From Octopus bimaculoides (lineage: Eukaryota): a DNA stretch of 64,000 bases. Positions 12,233-24,226 of the stretch are shown one piece after another (within the stretch, counting starts at the first letter, position 1; the number at the start of each line of letters is the position of its first letter). Where the stretch lies: NCBI RefSeq assembly GCF_001194135.2, contig NC_068985.1:3007185-3071184 (forward strand), written 5' to 3'. The position numbers and the translations under genes were made by a program. The notes beneath the pieces were generated by a model. That model worked only from the letters and a program-made list of their open reading frames with translations, had not been told where the DNA came from and did no database searches.

Positions 12233-13559
12233 AAGACACATTATTCTGAAAATAGGAAACTCTTCTTTAGTTAAATCCAAGCAATTACTGATGTTTTCAA
12301 CCATCCAAACCAATCTAAAATGAAAGCATAAAGAAAATCTAAATCAAATAAAGACAGTGATTGGGATCAGCATGCATCTACAAAATGCAGAGAAAAATCA
12401 ACAAACAACAAACCCCAGAAACATTCACATGTAAGCCTGGTGGGTGGTATTAACCTCTCATGTGCCAAACATGATATAGTATAATATTAGATAATGTGAT
12501 ATTGTCAGTTAGAAGCAGAGAGTGAAAAAAACTCTTCAAAAGCAGTTTTGTTATAATTAACAACCAATATAACAGGTTTTCTTCATCAAAGTGAAACAAT
12601 AGACTAAAATATTCACAAAAGAATGATAGATTAAGAAATAATTAAAAAAATAATCTAAAAAAAAAAGTAGTAAGAAACCTACTTTTCAATATCCTGTCTG
12701 TAAACACACATGCACACACGCGTGCATGCATGCATGTGAGTTTGAGAGAGAGAGAGAGAGAGAATGATAAAAAGCATTGTAGCTATAACAAATTAGTTTA
12801 AGTATAAAAATGGTATCTGCCTGAAGCTGTTTTTTGATGCTGATATTTTTATCGACTGTGAGAATTTCGGGGACATTGACACGAAGAAATCACAATGAGT
12901 TGCTGAGATAGAGTGGAAGAACTAAATAGTTAACAGTGGTTTGTACAACTGTTAAATACATGCACACAAAGGACACTTGGCTGGAATAAAAGAAGAGGAA
13001 GATATACATTGTATATCTACCTCTTGTATATTATACAACTCCACAAACACATTAGAGAACAGCAGCAAGAAAAGTAAACAGGTATTACTTCAGTGGGATT
13101 TTAGTGAAGGAATGTTCACTAGATTCAGATGTTAGAATTAGATAAGATTGTTTTGAAGAAGTTCCAGGGAATGAGAAAGAGTATAAGGGTCAGATAGAAG
13201 TAAAAAATTGAGGGGGGGGGGGGGAGAAAGAAAGGAAAAACAGTACCACAGATCAGGTAGCAACTAGAGTAAAAGAGAGGTAAGACGTCTGGACAGAGTC
13301 CAGTGAATAAGGTGCTGGGTTTATGATAATTTATTAGATACTACAAAATTAAGTGACAAATGGTATTCTATATATTAATGATGAAAGTGGGATATTTGAA
13401 AGATAAATTCCGTACTAAAACCATAAAATAAACATTATGAATGTTTATACAAGATGAGGTAAATAGTAAGATAGAATGAGATAGGCAAACTCACAAATAA
13501 ACGAACAATAAAAGAAATCATTATTATTATTATCATTATTATTATTATCCTCATCACAA

Positions 13560-13762
13560 CTGGTGGTGTACGGGAAGAATCATTGAAGGATTGGACAAAA
13601 TAGCGTGTGGTGTTTGTTTCAACGCTTTATATTCAGAGTTCAGATCTCACTGCACCTAACTTGGCTTTACAACTTTTAGAGGTTGATAAATGAAGTACTT
13701 GTCAAGTACTAGAGTCAATATATTTGACTGTGCACTCGACTCAAATTTCAAGCCTTATGCCT
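13560..13762 (+). mobile_element. Decayed family-1 SINE
   Basis: CAGAGTTCAGAT, TTGATAAATGAAGTAC, AAATTTCAAGCCTTATGCCTAG tail. Confidence 0.55.
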
Positions 13763-14087
13763 AGATTTTGTTTCTTTGTTTGTCTGTGGACAAGATATCC
13801 CAAGAACCGCTGGGTGGATTCAGATGAAACTTTCAAGGATATTTGGCCTCGTGACTGGCACAAACCGATTTTGGGATCGATTCAGTACCGGACAAGGGTT
13901 CTGGATTATTTTTCCAGTTTTTTTTACTTAACTTTTGAGAGTGGTCGAGTTCATTTTTAGTAATCTTGTTTGTGAGAGCAGTCAAGTTTATTTCAGACAT
14001 TCTCATTTTAAAAATTATCTCTGGCTAATCACTGAGAGGATGTTGGTGTTGCCTTGGAGGAGATTTGCACTCTCTGAGTGCTCTTGT
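13762..14087 (+). mobile_element. Helitron/Helentron-like non-autonomous element (HINE/DINE-1-like)
   Basis: (TTTG)n-like start, GGATTCAGATGAAACTT internal motif, 3' hairpin GCACTC-TCT-GAGTGC (14067-14081) followed by TCTTGTT; inserted in T-rich context. Confidence 0.55.
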
Positions 14088-14260
14088 TATTATTATTATT
14101 ATTATTATCTGACATGCTCAGCTTGTTGCTGGAGGTGGCATTAATACACCAGCTGTTCCCGTACAATGAACTAAATTGGACAATGTTCTTTTCAAATCTC
14201 AAGAAATTTACAGAGACTCTTTGTACTGCCAAGTAATGCTGCTTCCTGGATATGCTCTAT
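14088..14260 (-). mobile_element. RLE-type (R4-like) LINE extreme 3' end with (TAA)n tail
   Basis: Minus translation HIQEAALLGSTKSLCKFLEI*, then a short UTR and (TAA)n. Confidence 0.45.
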
Positions 14261-14349
14261 TTTTATTTCTATTCCTGTCATTTCCAATTTTAAATTTCTT
14301 TACTCACTGTCACTACAACACCAACAATTGTTTACACAATATTATTACG

Positions 14350-14785
14350 GCGACAAGCTAGCAGCATCGTTTGCATGACAGGCAAAATTCTTAACAGTAT
14401 TTTGTCCAGCCTTACATTCTGAGTTCAAATTTTGCCAAAATCCACTTTGCCTGTCATCCTTTTGGGGGTCAAAAGAATAAAAAAAACAGCTGAGGACTAG
14501 GCTCAATATAATCCTCTAAACACCCACCAAAATTCTTAGCTTTGTACCCAAATTACAACTCATTATTACTACTGGGATAATGAGTCGTCAGAACTGGCAG
14601 CATGCTGGGTAAACCACTTAGTGGCATTCTATCCATCTTTATATTCTGAGTTCAAATTCCATTGAGGTCAATTTTGACTTTAGTCCTTTCAGGTTCAAGA
14701 ATATAAGTATCAATTGAAATTTGGAACCATGTAATCAACGTACACCCTCCCCACTAAATCGCTGGCTTTGCACCAAACTTTGAAA
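14350..14785 (+). mobile_element. Two tandem family-1 SINEs
   Basis: Each has a GGCGA.AAGCT/GAACTGGCAG head, ATTCTGAGTTCAAATT and a CTTTG..CC.AAA tail; about 14350-14570 and 14590-14785. Confidence 0.7.
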
Positions 14786-14786
14786 T

Positions 14787-15635
14787 CATCATTATCATCA
14801 TCCGTCTGCTTTCCATGCTGGCATGGGTTGGGCAATTTGACTGAAAACTGGTAAGCTGGGGAGCTGCATTAGGTTCCAGTCTGACTTGGCATGGCTTCTA
14901 CAGCTGGATGCCCTTCCTAATGCCAACCACTCCAAGAGTGGTAGGTGCTTTTTATGCGCTACCAGCATGTGTGCTAGTTAAGGGACACAGGCATCAGCCA
15001 TGACAACAATTTCACTTGGCTTGCCGGGTCTTCTCAAGCATGGCATATCACCAAAGGTCTGTCACTTTTCCTTGCCTCTGTGAGGCCCAACGTTTCATGA
15101 TTGTGCTTCACCCACGTCTTCACCCATGTCTTCCTGGGTCTACCTCTTACACAGGTTCCCTCCATCATTAGAGTTCAGTACATCTTCAAACAGCTGTTGT
15201 CATCCATATACATCACATGACCATACGAGTGCAGTTGCCTCTCTTGCACACCACATCTGACGCCTCTTATGCTCAACTTTTCTCTCAAGATGCTTACACT
15301 CTGTCATGCATGCATATTGACATTACGCATCCAGCAAAGCATACTAGCTTCACTTCTTTCAAGCCTCCGGATGTCCTCAATGGCTACAGCCCATGTTTCA
15401 CTGCAGTGTAGTATGACTGTTCGCAAACAGGCATCATACAATCTGCCTTTTACTCTGAAGGACAGGCTCTTTGTTACCAGCAGGGGTAGGGGCTCTCTGA
15501 ACTTTGCTCAGCATATTCTTATTCTAGCAGCTACCCTCTCGGAGCACCCACCTCTGCTGCTGACTTGGTCACCTAGGTAACAGAAGCTATCAGCTACTTC
15601 TAGTTTTCCACCCTGGAGTCTATTGATGGAGTCTA
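14787..15635 (-). mobile_element. 5'-truncated RTE LINE (ORF2 C-terminus, 3' UTR and (GAT)n tail)
   Basis: Minus strand encodes GKLEVADSFCYLGDQVSSRGGCSERVAARIRI..., and is homologous throughout to 42779-43259 (WYGHV, GRPRKTW region). Contiguous with the GGAAGGGCATCCAGCTGTAG 3' UTR. Confidence 0.9.
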
Positions 15636-16845
15636 TTATAACAATCATTAACAACTTCTTTATAGAAACAATGCATAAAATTCTAAATAAAGTACTCAAT
15701 GCTTTAGAAAGTAGAGTTAAATACATTAATTGATAAAACTGTATACTAGTCATTAACAAATGTAAAATTCATAGATTAACCCAAAACAAACATTGTAAAT
15801 GTTGCAATAAACTCCAGCACTGCCTTGCTTTCCGCTCCCACCAAACAAGCATTTTTGTCTGAAAGGTCACATTGAAGTTAATACCTTCCAAGCACTTTTG
15901 GACTGATTTTCAGCATTCCCAATCCAACAAGCAATAAAAGGTAGGTAAACATATATGAGTCTGTGGTGAAACACCAAACCTACTAAATTAACCTGAATCA
16001 ACATTGATCCAATAAGCAAAGCCTTTCCTATGCCTGATATCTAGACATCTACACTCTGTGTGTGTGTGTGTGTGCGTGTGTGTGCGTGTGTGTGTGTGTG
16101 CGTGTGTGCGTGTGTGTGTGTGTGTGTGCGTGGTTGCATGTATGTGCACACACACACATATTGATTAAATCACAGGGAATTTAATAAGCAGATTTGAGCC
16201 ACCAATATTTTATTCTATCAAGATAACTATACTTTTTTTTTACATTCTTTCATCTTTTTATGATACAAAACTCTACAAAGATTATATAAAACCTCTCACA
16301 AATGTGCACACACATGCATGTACGTACACACACACACACACACACAGAGTAACCACCAAAAGAAGATACTTATCAGGTTCTCCAGTTCACAGACCAACAA
16401 TTTCATTAATATTCTGGTAACCTACCAGTTAACTCTGAACACTCTTGCATATCTTCCACATCTCTCACATGCAGTACATTATTCAAAGAACTGGCATACA
16501 ATCACAGTTATCAAGCATTTTTACCTTTATTCTCATCACATACACACACTACAAAACACAAAGGCACATCTGTTTCCCATATATTTCACACACACTCTAC
16601 AAACAGTGGGCTTAGAGACCAAACACATTTAGCCACACCCACTACCCACCTACTACTCACTTCACACACAGTATCTCCAATAAAAGACCACTCAATTATT
16701 TTGACTTCATTTTTTTTTTCGCCATTAGAAAAAAAAAATGAATAACTAAGGATCATATTAAATAAACAGAGCCACAAAATCCACTTTCAAATGAAAAATA
16801 GCTGTAAAGAACAAACCTGTTTGTATCTGTTGTGCTTATTTTAAA

Positions 16846-16965
16846 GAAATAGTGAAGTATATTTGCCACTTAAATGTGGCTGACCCCGAGGGGTGGACGT
16901 TACTGTTGCTTTTAGCCCCAGGAGGACATCTCCTCCAGCTGGCTATCGACACACATCTGTGTCCT
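16846..16965 (+). repeat. Structured dispersed repeat, copy A1
   Basis: 119/120 identical to 17348-17467; hairpins GCCAC/GTGGC, CCCC/GGGG, GGAGG/CCTCC, GACAC/GTGTC. Confidence 0.8.
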
Positions 16966-17009
16966 GTGTGTATTTGCCAAGGGAAGTTATCTTTCCCATC
17001 TTGATCTAC

Positions 17010-17347
17010 NNNNNNNNNNNNNNNNNNNNNNNNNNNNNNNNNNNNNNNNNNNNNNNNNNNNNNNNNNNNNNNNNNNNNNNNNNNNNNNNNNNNNNNNNNN
17101 NNNNNNNNNNNNNNNNNNNNNNNNNNNNNNNNNNNNNNNNNNNNNNNNNNNNNNNNNNNNNNNNNNNNNNNNNNNNNNNNNNNNNNNNNNNNNNNNNNNN
17201 NNNNNNNNNNNNNNNNNNNNNNNNNNNNNNNNNNNNNNNNNNNNNNNNNNNNNNNNNNNNNNNNNNNNNNNNNNNNNNNNNNNNNNNNNNNNNNNNNNNN
17301 NNNNNNNNNNNNNNNNNNNNNNNNNNNNNNNNNNNNNNNNNNNNNNN
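17010..17347. other. Assembly gap (N run)
   Basis: 338 N. Other gaps at 18984-19094, 50778-50817 and 63530-63539. Confidence 1.
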
Positions 17348-17467
17348 GAAATAGTGAAGTATATTTGCCACTTAAATGTGGCTGACCCCGAGGGGTGGAT
17401 GTTACTGTTGCTTTTAGCCCCAGGAGGACATCTCCTCCAGCTGGCTATCGACACACATCTGTGTCCT
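17348..17467 (+). repeat. Structured dispersed repeat, copy A2
   Basis: Direct repeat of A1; ends in CTGTGTCCTT like copies B and C. Confidence 0.8.
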
Positions 17468-17774
17468 TACTATATTTAATTAACAATTGGTACATGACAG
17501 AACACTATTATCTTCTTTAATATGTTTATGCAGAGATTTTAAAATGTTATTTAATTCTCACCTTTCTACTTAATTCATTTTAAAAAGTTCCAAGCTACTG
17601 TTTCATACAGATGGACTTTCCCGAGTTTTCTCATTGTTAAACTAGTCACACACACGCATATATTCAAATAGACAGAAATACTAATATATCAGGAAAGCAA
17701 AAGAGCTGACACAGGGTGGGGAACAGTCAGCTGTAATGCCTTTTAACCTCATATGCTAGTCTTCAGAGATAATA

Positions 17775-18896
17775 TTGGATCATCCCATAAATAATCTTTT
17801 CTACTCTAGGCACAAAGCCTGAAATTTGGGGAGAGGGGGCCAGTCGATGAGATCGACCCCAGTATGCAACTAGTACTTAATTTATCGACCCCAAAAGAAT
17901 GAAAGACAAAGTCGACCGTGATGGAATTTGAACTCAGAACGGAAAGACAGACAAAATACTGCTAAGTATTTCATCTGGCGTGCTGGTGTTTCCGCCAGCT
18001 CACCGTCTTGGTCACCCCATAAATAATGCGGGTTTTCCAGTTGCATGAACTAAAAGTCAATGGGGACAAGATGAACTACCTGCATCAACTTGCTATAAAA
18101 GCAGATAGTATTCCTTGTACTTATTCTTAGTGCAAGTTTTGAAGAGTGCAGTTCGATTTTAACAGTTATTTTTACAAAGTTATAATGAAAGTGTCAAAGA
18201 AGCATATTTGGCATATTTTGCTTTCTGAGTTCAATAAAGGCAACAATGCAACAGAAAGTGTGAGGAATATTAATGCAGTATATGGGGATTGGACAATAAG
18301 TGTAAGCCAGTGTCAATGGTGGTTCCAGAAATTCCGAGCTGGAAACTACAGCCTAGAAGATGAGCCTCATCCTGGAAGATCTGTAGAGCTCAACGAGGAT
18401 GTCCTGCAAACCCTGGTGGAATAAAATCCAATCTTAACTGTTGAGGACTAGCAGAGAAGTTTGGATTTGGTCATTCAAGTTAGTGCTAGCAGAAAAATGA
18501 CCATCTTTGGCTTCAAGACGAAAGGTGTTCTTCCTTCAGGATAATGCTTGGTCACATCCAGCAAGGATGACATTCCAAAGGCTGGAACACTTTTAATGGA
18601 AACGAGGCCCCACCCACCATATTTGCCAGACATTGCCCAATCTGATTATTCCACAGTCTTCAAAATCATTTGGACAGAAAAAATATGAATTCTGTAGACG
18701 AGGTCAGAACAATACTAGAGGAGTATTTTTCACCGTGAACAAGTGAATTTTGGAAGAGGGGCCTTACAAGTCTACCAGATAGATGTAAGAGCATTGTAGA
18801 AAATGAAGGAGAGTATATTTCAGAAGTTAGTTTATGTTAAAATTGAAAAATAAAAGAAGTATAAAAAAAAACCACATTATTTATGGGATGACCCAA
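17775..18896 (+). mobile_element. Mariner transposon, internally deleted, with a SINE in the left TIR
   Basis: TA-flanked TIRs TTGG(A)TCATCCCATAAATAAT / ATTATTTATGGGATGACCCAA. ORF VSKKHIWHILLSEFNKGNNATESVRNINAVYG...WFQKFRAGNYSLEDEPHPGRS, then VFFLQDNA and HPPYLPDIAQSDY motifs. The WVPHEL/first-Asp region is missing (junction near 18478). Confidence 0.92.
17796..18007 (-). mobile_element. Family-1 SINE inserted in the mariner TIR
   Basis: Minus GAGCTGGCGGAAAC head and TTCTGAGTTCAAATTCC; flanked by a ~20-bp duplication at 17775-17795 and 18008-18027. Confidence 0.88.
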
Positions 18897-19309
18897 TACT
18901 TTCATGTGTGTCAGAAGGCAGGGATATATATCGTTTAACGTCCGCTTTCCATGCTAGCATACACACACACACACACACACACANNNNNNNNNNNNNNNNN
19001 NNNNNNNNNNNNNNNNNNNNNNNNNNNNNNNNNNNNNNNNNNNNNNNNNNNNNNNNNNNNNNNNNNNNNNNNNNNNNNNNNNNNNNNNNNNNNNACACAC
19101 ATATATACACACACCCACCCACGCATGCACCCACGCATGCACACACACACACACACACACATATGTATGTATGTATGCATGTATGTATGTACGTACGTAT
19201 AGGTCAATCAGAATGTTTTTATTCTGTAACTTTAAATCCCTTCTTCAAAGTATCTTTCTCAAGTCTACACTCTGCTCAGTTGAGGGCCTTATCTTGTGGG
19301 TACTTGGCA

Positions 19310-19517
19310 ACTTCACCAGTGCTGGTGCAATGTAAAACTAAACACCCAGTACACTGTTAAGTGGTTGGCATTATGAAAGGTATCCTGCTGCAGAAACCAT
19401 GCCAAAGCAGACATAGAACCTGGCAGAGCCCTCTGGTTTGTCTGTTATTGTTAAACCATCTAACCAATGTCAGTATGGAAAAAGGGACTTTAAATAGTGA
19501 TGATGATGATGATGATG
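19310..19517 (+). mobile_element. RTE 3' UTR fragment with (GAT)n tail
   Basis: GTGGTTGGCATTATGAAAGGTATCC.GCTGCAGAAACCATGCC...CAGTATGGAAAA and (GAT)n. Confidence 0.7.
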
Positions 19518-19519
19518 GT

Positions 19520-20470
19520 TAGTTGAAACTTAGTTTGAAAAGTGCAATAGTGTTGTGTAAGATATGCATGGAACTGGGAAGAGATGTGGCATCAGAACAT
19601 ACGGCACACAAATGGTTTGCAAGATTTCTTTCTAGGGTTAAATCCTTTGAAGATGGGCAACATTAAGAAGACCCTCCCTTAAGGATAATGAAAAGTTGAG
19701 TATTTGTGTTGAAAGTAATTCTCAGCTATAGAGCCAAGAATTCTTACAAATATTAGACATAAGCACTGAAGCCATTTATTTAAATTTGCATCGGTTAATA
19801 AAATCATGTGAACTAAACAAATGAGTCCCACATGCATTATCAGATGACAATAAACTCAAGAGAATAGCAATTTGTCCTTCACTCCTTTTGCATAACAAAA
19901 ACAATCCCACATGATTTTGAAGTGTTTACTCACTTGTGAGGGGAAAAAATGATTCTTATACTCAAACAGGAAGATATGTGACCACTGATTATTACCAAAT
20001 GATCCAGTACTTCATCTTCAGAAGGCTGTGCTTAGTATGTGAGGGACAGCAGCCACTAGAGTCCACTTTGAGTTTCTTGATACTGGTCAAACAATTATGG
20101 CTGATCTCTACTTGATACAACTCAAGCAATATAGTTTACTTCAAAAGCAGCCAGGGTCAGTTAATGAAAAAAATGTGATATCCTTAAAATACAAAGCAAG
20201 GCTTCATATCACAAAGCTTACTCAGAGACTATTTTACAATAGCAGATATTCCCTCATCCACCAACTTCCTAATTTCGTTAAGTAATCTTCACTTCTTTTT
20301 ATCACTAAACAATTATATGCAAAACAGTTCTGCAATAAACAGAAATTGAGGAGGAAGTGGCCAGGGTTTTTTTCTTCTAAAGATAAAGTGTTTTATGAAA
20401 GCAGGATTAACAAACTTCCCTCGTTGGGAAAGAGTTGTGGCTTGTAAAGGTGTAAATTGTCAACGTTCTG
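19520..20470 (+). pseudogene. Second, older mariner transposase, nearly full length and heavily disabled
   Basis: Frames give KICMELGRDVASEHTAHKWFARF, K*VPHALSDDNKLKRIAIC (WVPHEL), FLKCLLTCEGKK*FLY (TxDEKW), HFEFLDTGQTIMADLY, HFFLSLNNYMQ and FFSSKDKVFYESRINKLPS/RWERVVACKG. Confidence 0.8.
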
Positions 20471-20609
20471 TTACAAGAAAAACAAAAAATGTACAAGCAT
20501 TTTAGTTGCTTATAACAGAGACTGCTTCAGCAGGTTTTGCTGAATAAAAGCTTAAATTGCATTCAGTCAAGTCTGATAACTTTACACTAGTATTATTTAC
20601 ATTTTTTAT

Positions 20610-21080
20610 CTTTTACTTGTTTTAATCATTAAACTGCAATTATGCTGAGGCATGGCTTTGAAGAATTTTTAGTTGAATAAGTCAACTGCAGCACCTATTT
20701 CTTTTTAAGACTGGTATTTACTCTATTGGTCTCCTTCATCAAACTGCTAAGTTCAGAGAAGAGAAAACATACCAACATACGCAAGGAAAGATGATAGTTA
20801 TCTTTTGAACTTACAAAGTTCATAAGGTAATCATTTACTCCTTTGCCATCTCTTTTCTTATTACCACTCTTTACTCAACTAACACTTTGTTTAGAAGTAT
20901 ACATATATTAAGTTCTACACCAGGTTATCAGTATTACAATGCCTAAGTAAAATATATATACACAAACACACACACAGAGAACAGGCTTCTTTCAGTTTCT
21001 ATCTAACAAATCCACTCACAAGTCTTCGGTCAGATGCACACAAGATGCACACAACAGGACTGAACCTGGATTCAATCCCA
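20610..21080 (-). mobile_element. Decayed, fragmented family-3 SINE
   Basis: TTTTACTTGTTT.A.TCATT tail at 20610; GGCTTCTTTCAGTTTC...ATCCACTCACAAG at about 20985-21025. Confidence 0.6.
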
Positions 21081-21847
21081 CCTTGAGTAGGACTCTTCCA
21101 CCATAGTCTGGTATTGAAAAACACCCAAGTGTGAGTGAACAAATAAAGTTAAACTAAACCTCAAATCCACCAAGCTGGGCTTGTCGCTTAAAGCACCAGT
21201 CAAGAGACCCTGTAGCAAACATGTGCAGAATATAGTTGTATGAGCATTTCTCGCAGAGGAAAGCAGTGTGAGGATTGGAAGGGGAGAACAGGGGAGCAGA
21301 TAGACTGCCATGGTTAAGAATTAAGATGGCTTTAAACTTTACAAGCTTATCCAACTTTATAACAAAGAAGGACAAAGTATAGTGATGAAAATTCTATTTT
21401 AGCTATAAGTTAATATGGAGGAAGGCAAAACAATTTCACAAACAAGAATTTCCAGGAACACAATGGGAGAACCAGTATTTGCTAGTTTGAGAATCGCTGG
21501 GCTAAGCAACACTAAATGGCTCTAACTTAACATCACTTACGCAAAGTGATAAATATACATTAAGAAATTACGGGTATCCTTGATAACAGTCAAATATAGT
21601 TTCTAAAGGATAGTGTTTCTGTTGATTTGTTCTAGAAACAATGCAATTAAGATATGCATGTATCTGTAAAGATGAACATTACATGCCAAATTGTGCACAC
21701 AGAGTGTATAAGTATGAATATTCAGCTCATTAGGTTATTTTTCCGAAATCCTATAAACATTTAAAGACAGAAATCATTTACATAGAACATTAAGAGTATC
21801 TATACATATGGACATTTACAAAATTATGAATATGTATAATATCCACA

Positions 21848-21950
21848 AACACACGATCTCACACACAAATACACACTCTCACACACAAAAACACACTCTC
21901 ACACACAAACACACACTCTCACACACAAACACACACTCTCACACACAGAC
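21848..21950 (+). repeat. 20-bp CA-derived minisatellite (CACACACAAACACACACTCT) about x5
   Basis: Direct inspection. Confidence 0.85.
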
Positions 21951-22284
21951 ATCTACAGCTATGTGTGATCACTCAAATTATTTTCATATATTTAGATTTG
22001 AAAACACACGTAATATTTGTGTAAATATGTACGCTTCTATGTGTAGCGATGGGTGTATGTAAATACGGATAGGAGAGTATTATGCAAATCTGTATTTGTA
22101 CATGAATACATGACTATATATCTCTATGACAGCATAGAAAATGCATCTGAAAACAACTCGTATATGTCAATATGCAGATACATAAACATATAAATCTACA
22201 TTAAAAAGGATCAATATAGCCTTGTTGGACAAATGCGTAAATCTATCATTCATTCATATATACGTGTATGTGTGCATGTATATA

Positions 22285-22322
22285 GATAGATAGATAGATA
22301 GAGATATAGATTAATAGATAGG

Positions 22323-22372
<50 letters not shown>
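22285..22372 (+). repeat. (GATA)n microsatellite
   Basis: Interrupted GATA run. Confidence 0.9.
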
Positions 22373-22374
22373 CT

Positions 22375-22560
22375 GACATGGCTGTGTGGTTAACAAGCTT
22401 GCTTCCCAACTATGTGACTTTGGGTTCAGTTACAGTGTGCCACTTTGGGGAGGTGCTTTCTGCTATAACTATGGGTCAAATAAAGCCTTATGAGTGGACT
22501 AGGAAGATGAAAACTGAAAGAAGCCTATCACAAGCGTGCGTGCGTGCGTGCGTGCGTGCA
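22375..22560 (+). mobile_element. Family-3 SINE 5' half
   Basis: CATGGCTGTGTGGT.AACAAGCTTGCTTCCCAAC head, GGGTTCAGT and AAACTGAAAGAAGCC. Confidence 0.7.
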
Positions 22561-24185
22561 TCCTTGTCAAGGTATCATGTGATGAGTGTAACCAAGCCTG
22601 CTGCTCATTTCCACTCTCTCATGTCAACCACTTTTAAAGAGTGTGGATTGGGTACATTTTATGTGACACCAGCACTAGAAAGGTTACCAAGTAACTTCAC
22701 AAGACAAGATACCACAGCTGAGGGGGAGATATTGTATCAAGGGAGATGAAAGTATGATAGAGACACAGAAACAGGTGTCATGTGAGAGAGAGAGAGAGGA
22801 AGCAGATCCTCAAGGTGCAAGTGAACATAAGGGAGAAAGGATAAGGATAGAAGATCAGAAAGGGCGGGTGGATGGGTAAGGTACCAAAAGACAACAGATT
22901 TCTAAACCTTCTCAGCCATTTTTTCCATCCTTATTCTAGCAACTATCTATTCAGAATATTGCCTTCCACTACTAATCAACTCTTCTAGCTGACAGAAACT
23001 ATCTACTACCTGTAAGGATCTTGATGGGCATTCCAGAAAATCTATTTCCTCTGTGCCCTCATTGTTTATTGCTCCTATGCATCTGGCACAAACAAAGTCT
23101 ATTTTCTCAGTTAACCTTCCTGTGATTCTGCTGCACCCATTATGTGCCTACAGGTCGCACTGAATACAAAGCATGGAGTTTCTGCTGGCAACTTTCAGCC
23201 TACATATAAAACAGGGATATTTATCTGAAAGGATTAGTGTCGTCTGTTTTCCTGCTCACAAGAACTTTAGTCTTAAGTTAACTTTAAAGCCCTTTGATTC
23301 CAGGTTTTGCATCCATGCCTGGAAGTTTGTTGCTAATTCTACTAGTTTCAGCTATAATAAAGTTGTTAGCATAAAGAAGTTTCTATGGATAACCACTGTT
23401 ATGGCCTGGAAGACAAGGATAAATAAGAGGGAACTAAAAACAAAACTCTAGAGAAGTCCTGCCAGCACACTACAGTCATCAACCCACATAATGCTAATTC
23501 TTGCCCTACTGACAGCAGACTGTACATAGCTTGGGTGGCTCTCACCAGCCATTTATTTGCTCCTAACTTCTACAGTGACCATCTGATCAAGGAGTGAAGG
23601 ACCCTACTGAAAGCTTTCTCCAGGCCAAGAAAAACCAACTATAGTCCTTTACTTTTGGCTACATAATCATCCTGTGGTTGCCTCAGAATGAAGAGAGCAT
23701 CAGTAGTACTTCTAAACTGCATCTCACCTAGGCTAATTCTCTTCCTAATTAGTTAGGCTATAACTCTTTCTGTAACTTTCATGACTTGGTCCATCATTTG
23801 ACACCTCTGTAATTACTTCAAGGCATCTTCTTTACCTATGTAACATTTGATTTTAATGCTGCTGCACCAGCTGTGGAGTATGATACCTTCCTGTTACAGC
23901 CTGATTAGACAGGTGACTAGACTGTGTCCCACTCCATCAGATATTTTTAAGCAGCTCAGCAGTAATTCCAGATGGACTAGGTACTTATCTTGCTCACATG
24001 TCTTTCATTGTATTACGTACCATACTGCTGTCAACTAGAATGGCTGGACCCTCTGTTCATATTAAGAACACTCTCTCCCATTCATTCTCCACTTTCAGTA
24101 GCCTTTCATAATAATAGCATTTCTATGCTTCTTTCTTTTCAGAATCACTAAGTGCAAATGTTGCATTATTATTCTGCCACATCAG

Positions 24186-24226
<41 letters not shown>

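Noticed and set aside
16846-16965. HDV-like, pistol or twister ribozyme reading of the structured repeat
   Set aside because: Partial resemblances (GGCTAA, ACC-CCTCGG-GGT, GTTGCTT..AGCCC) fail on required pairings: no P2 or P1.1 partner for HDV, no pseudoknot loop for pistol, no twister core.
16893-19360. ORFs containing long X runs
   Set aside because: Artefacts of N gaps and CA repeats (the real mariner ORF at 18146 is treated separately).
22950-24060. Possible CR1 endonuclease remnants upstream of the 25100 fragment
   Set aside because: Motif matches were too weak to support by eye.
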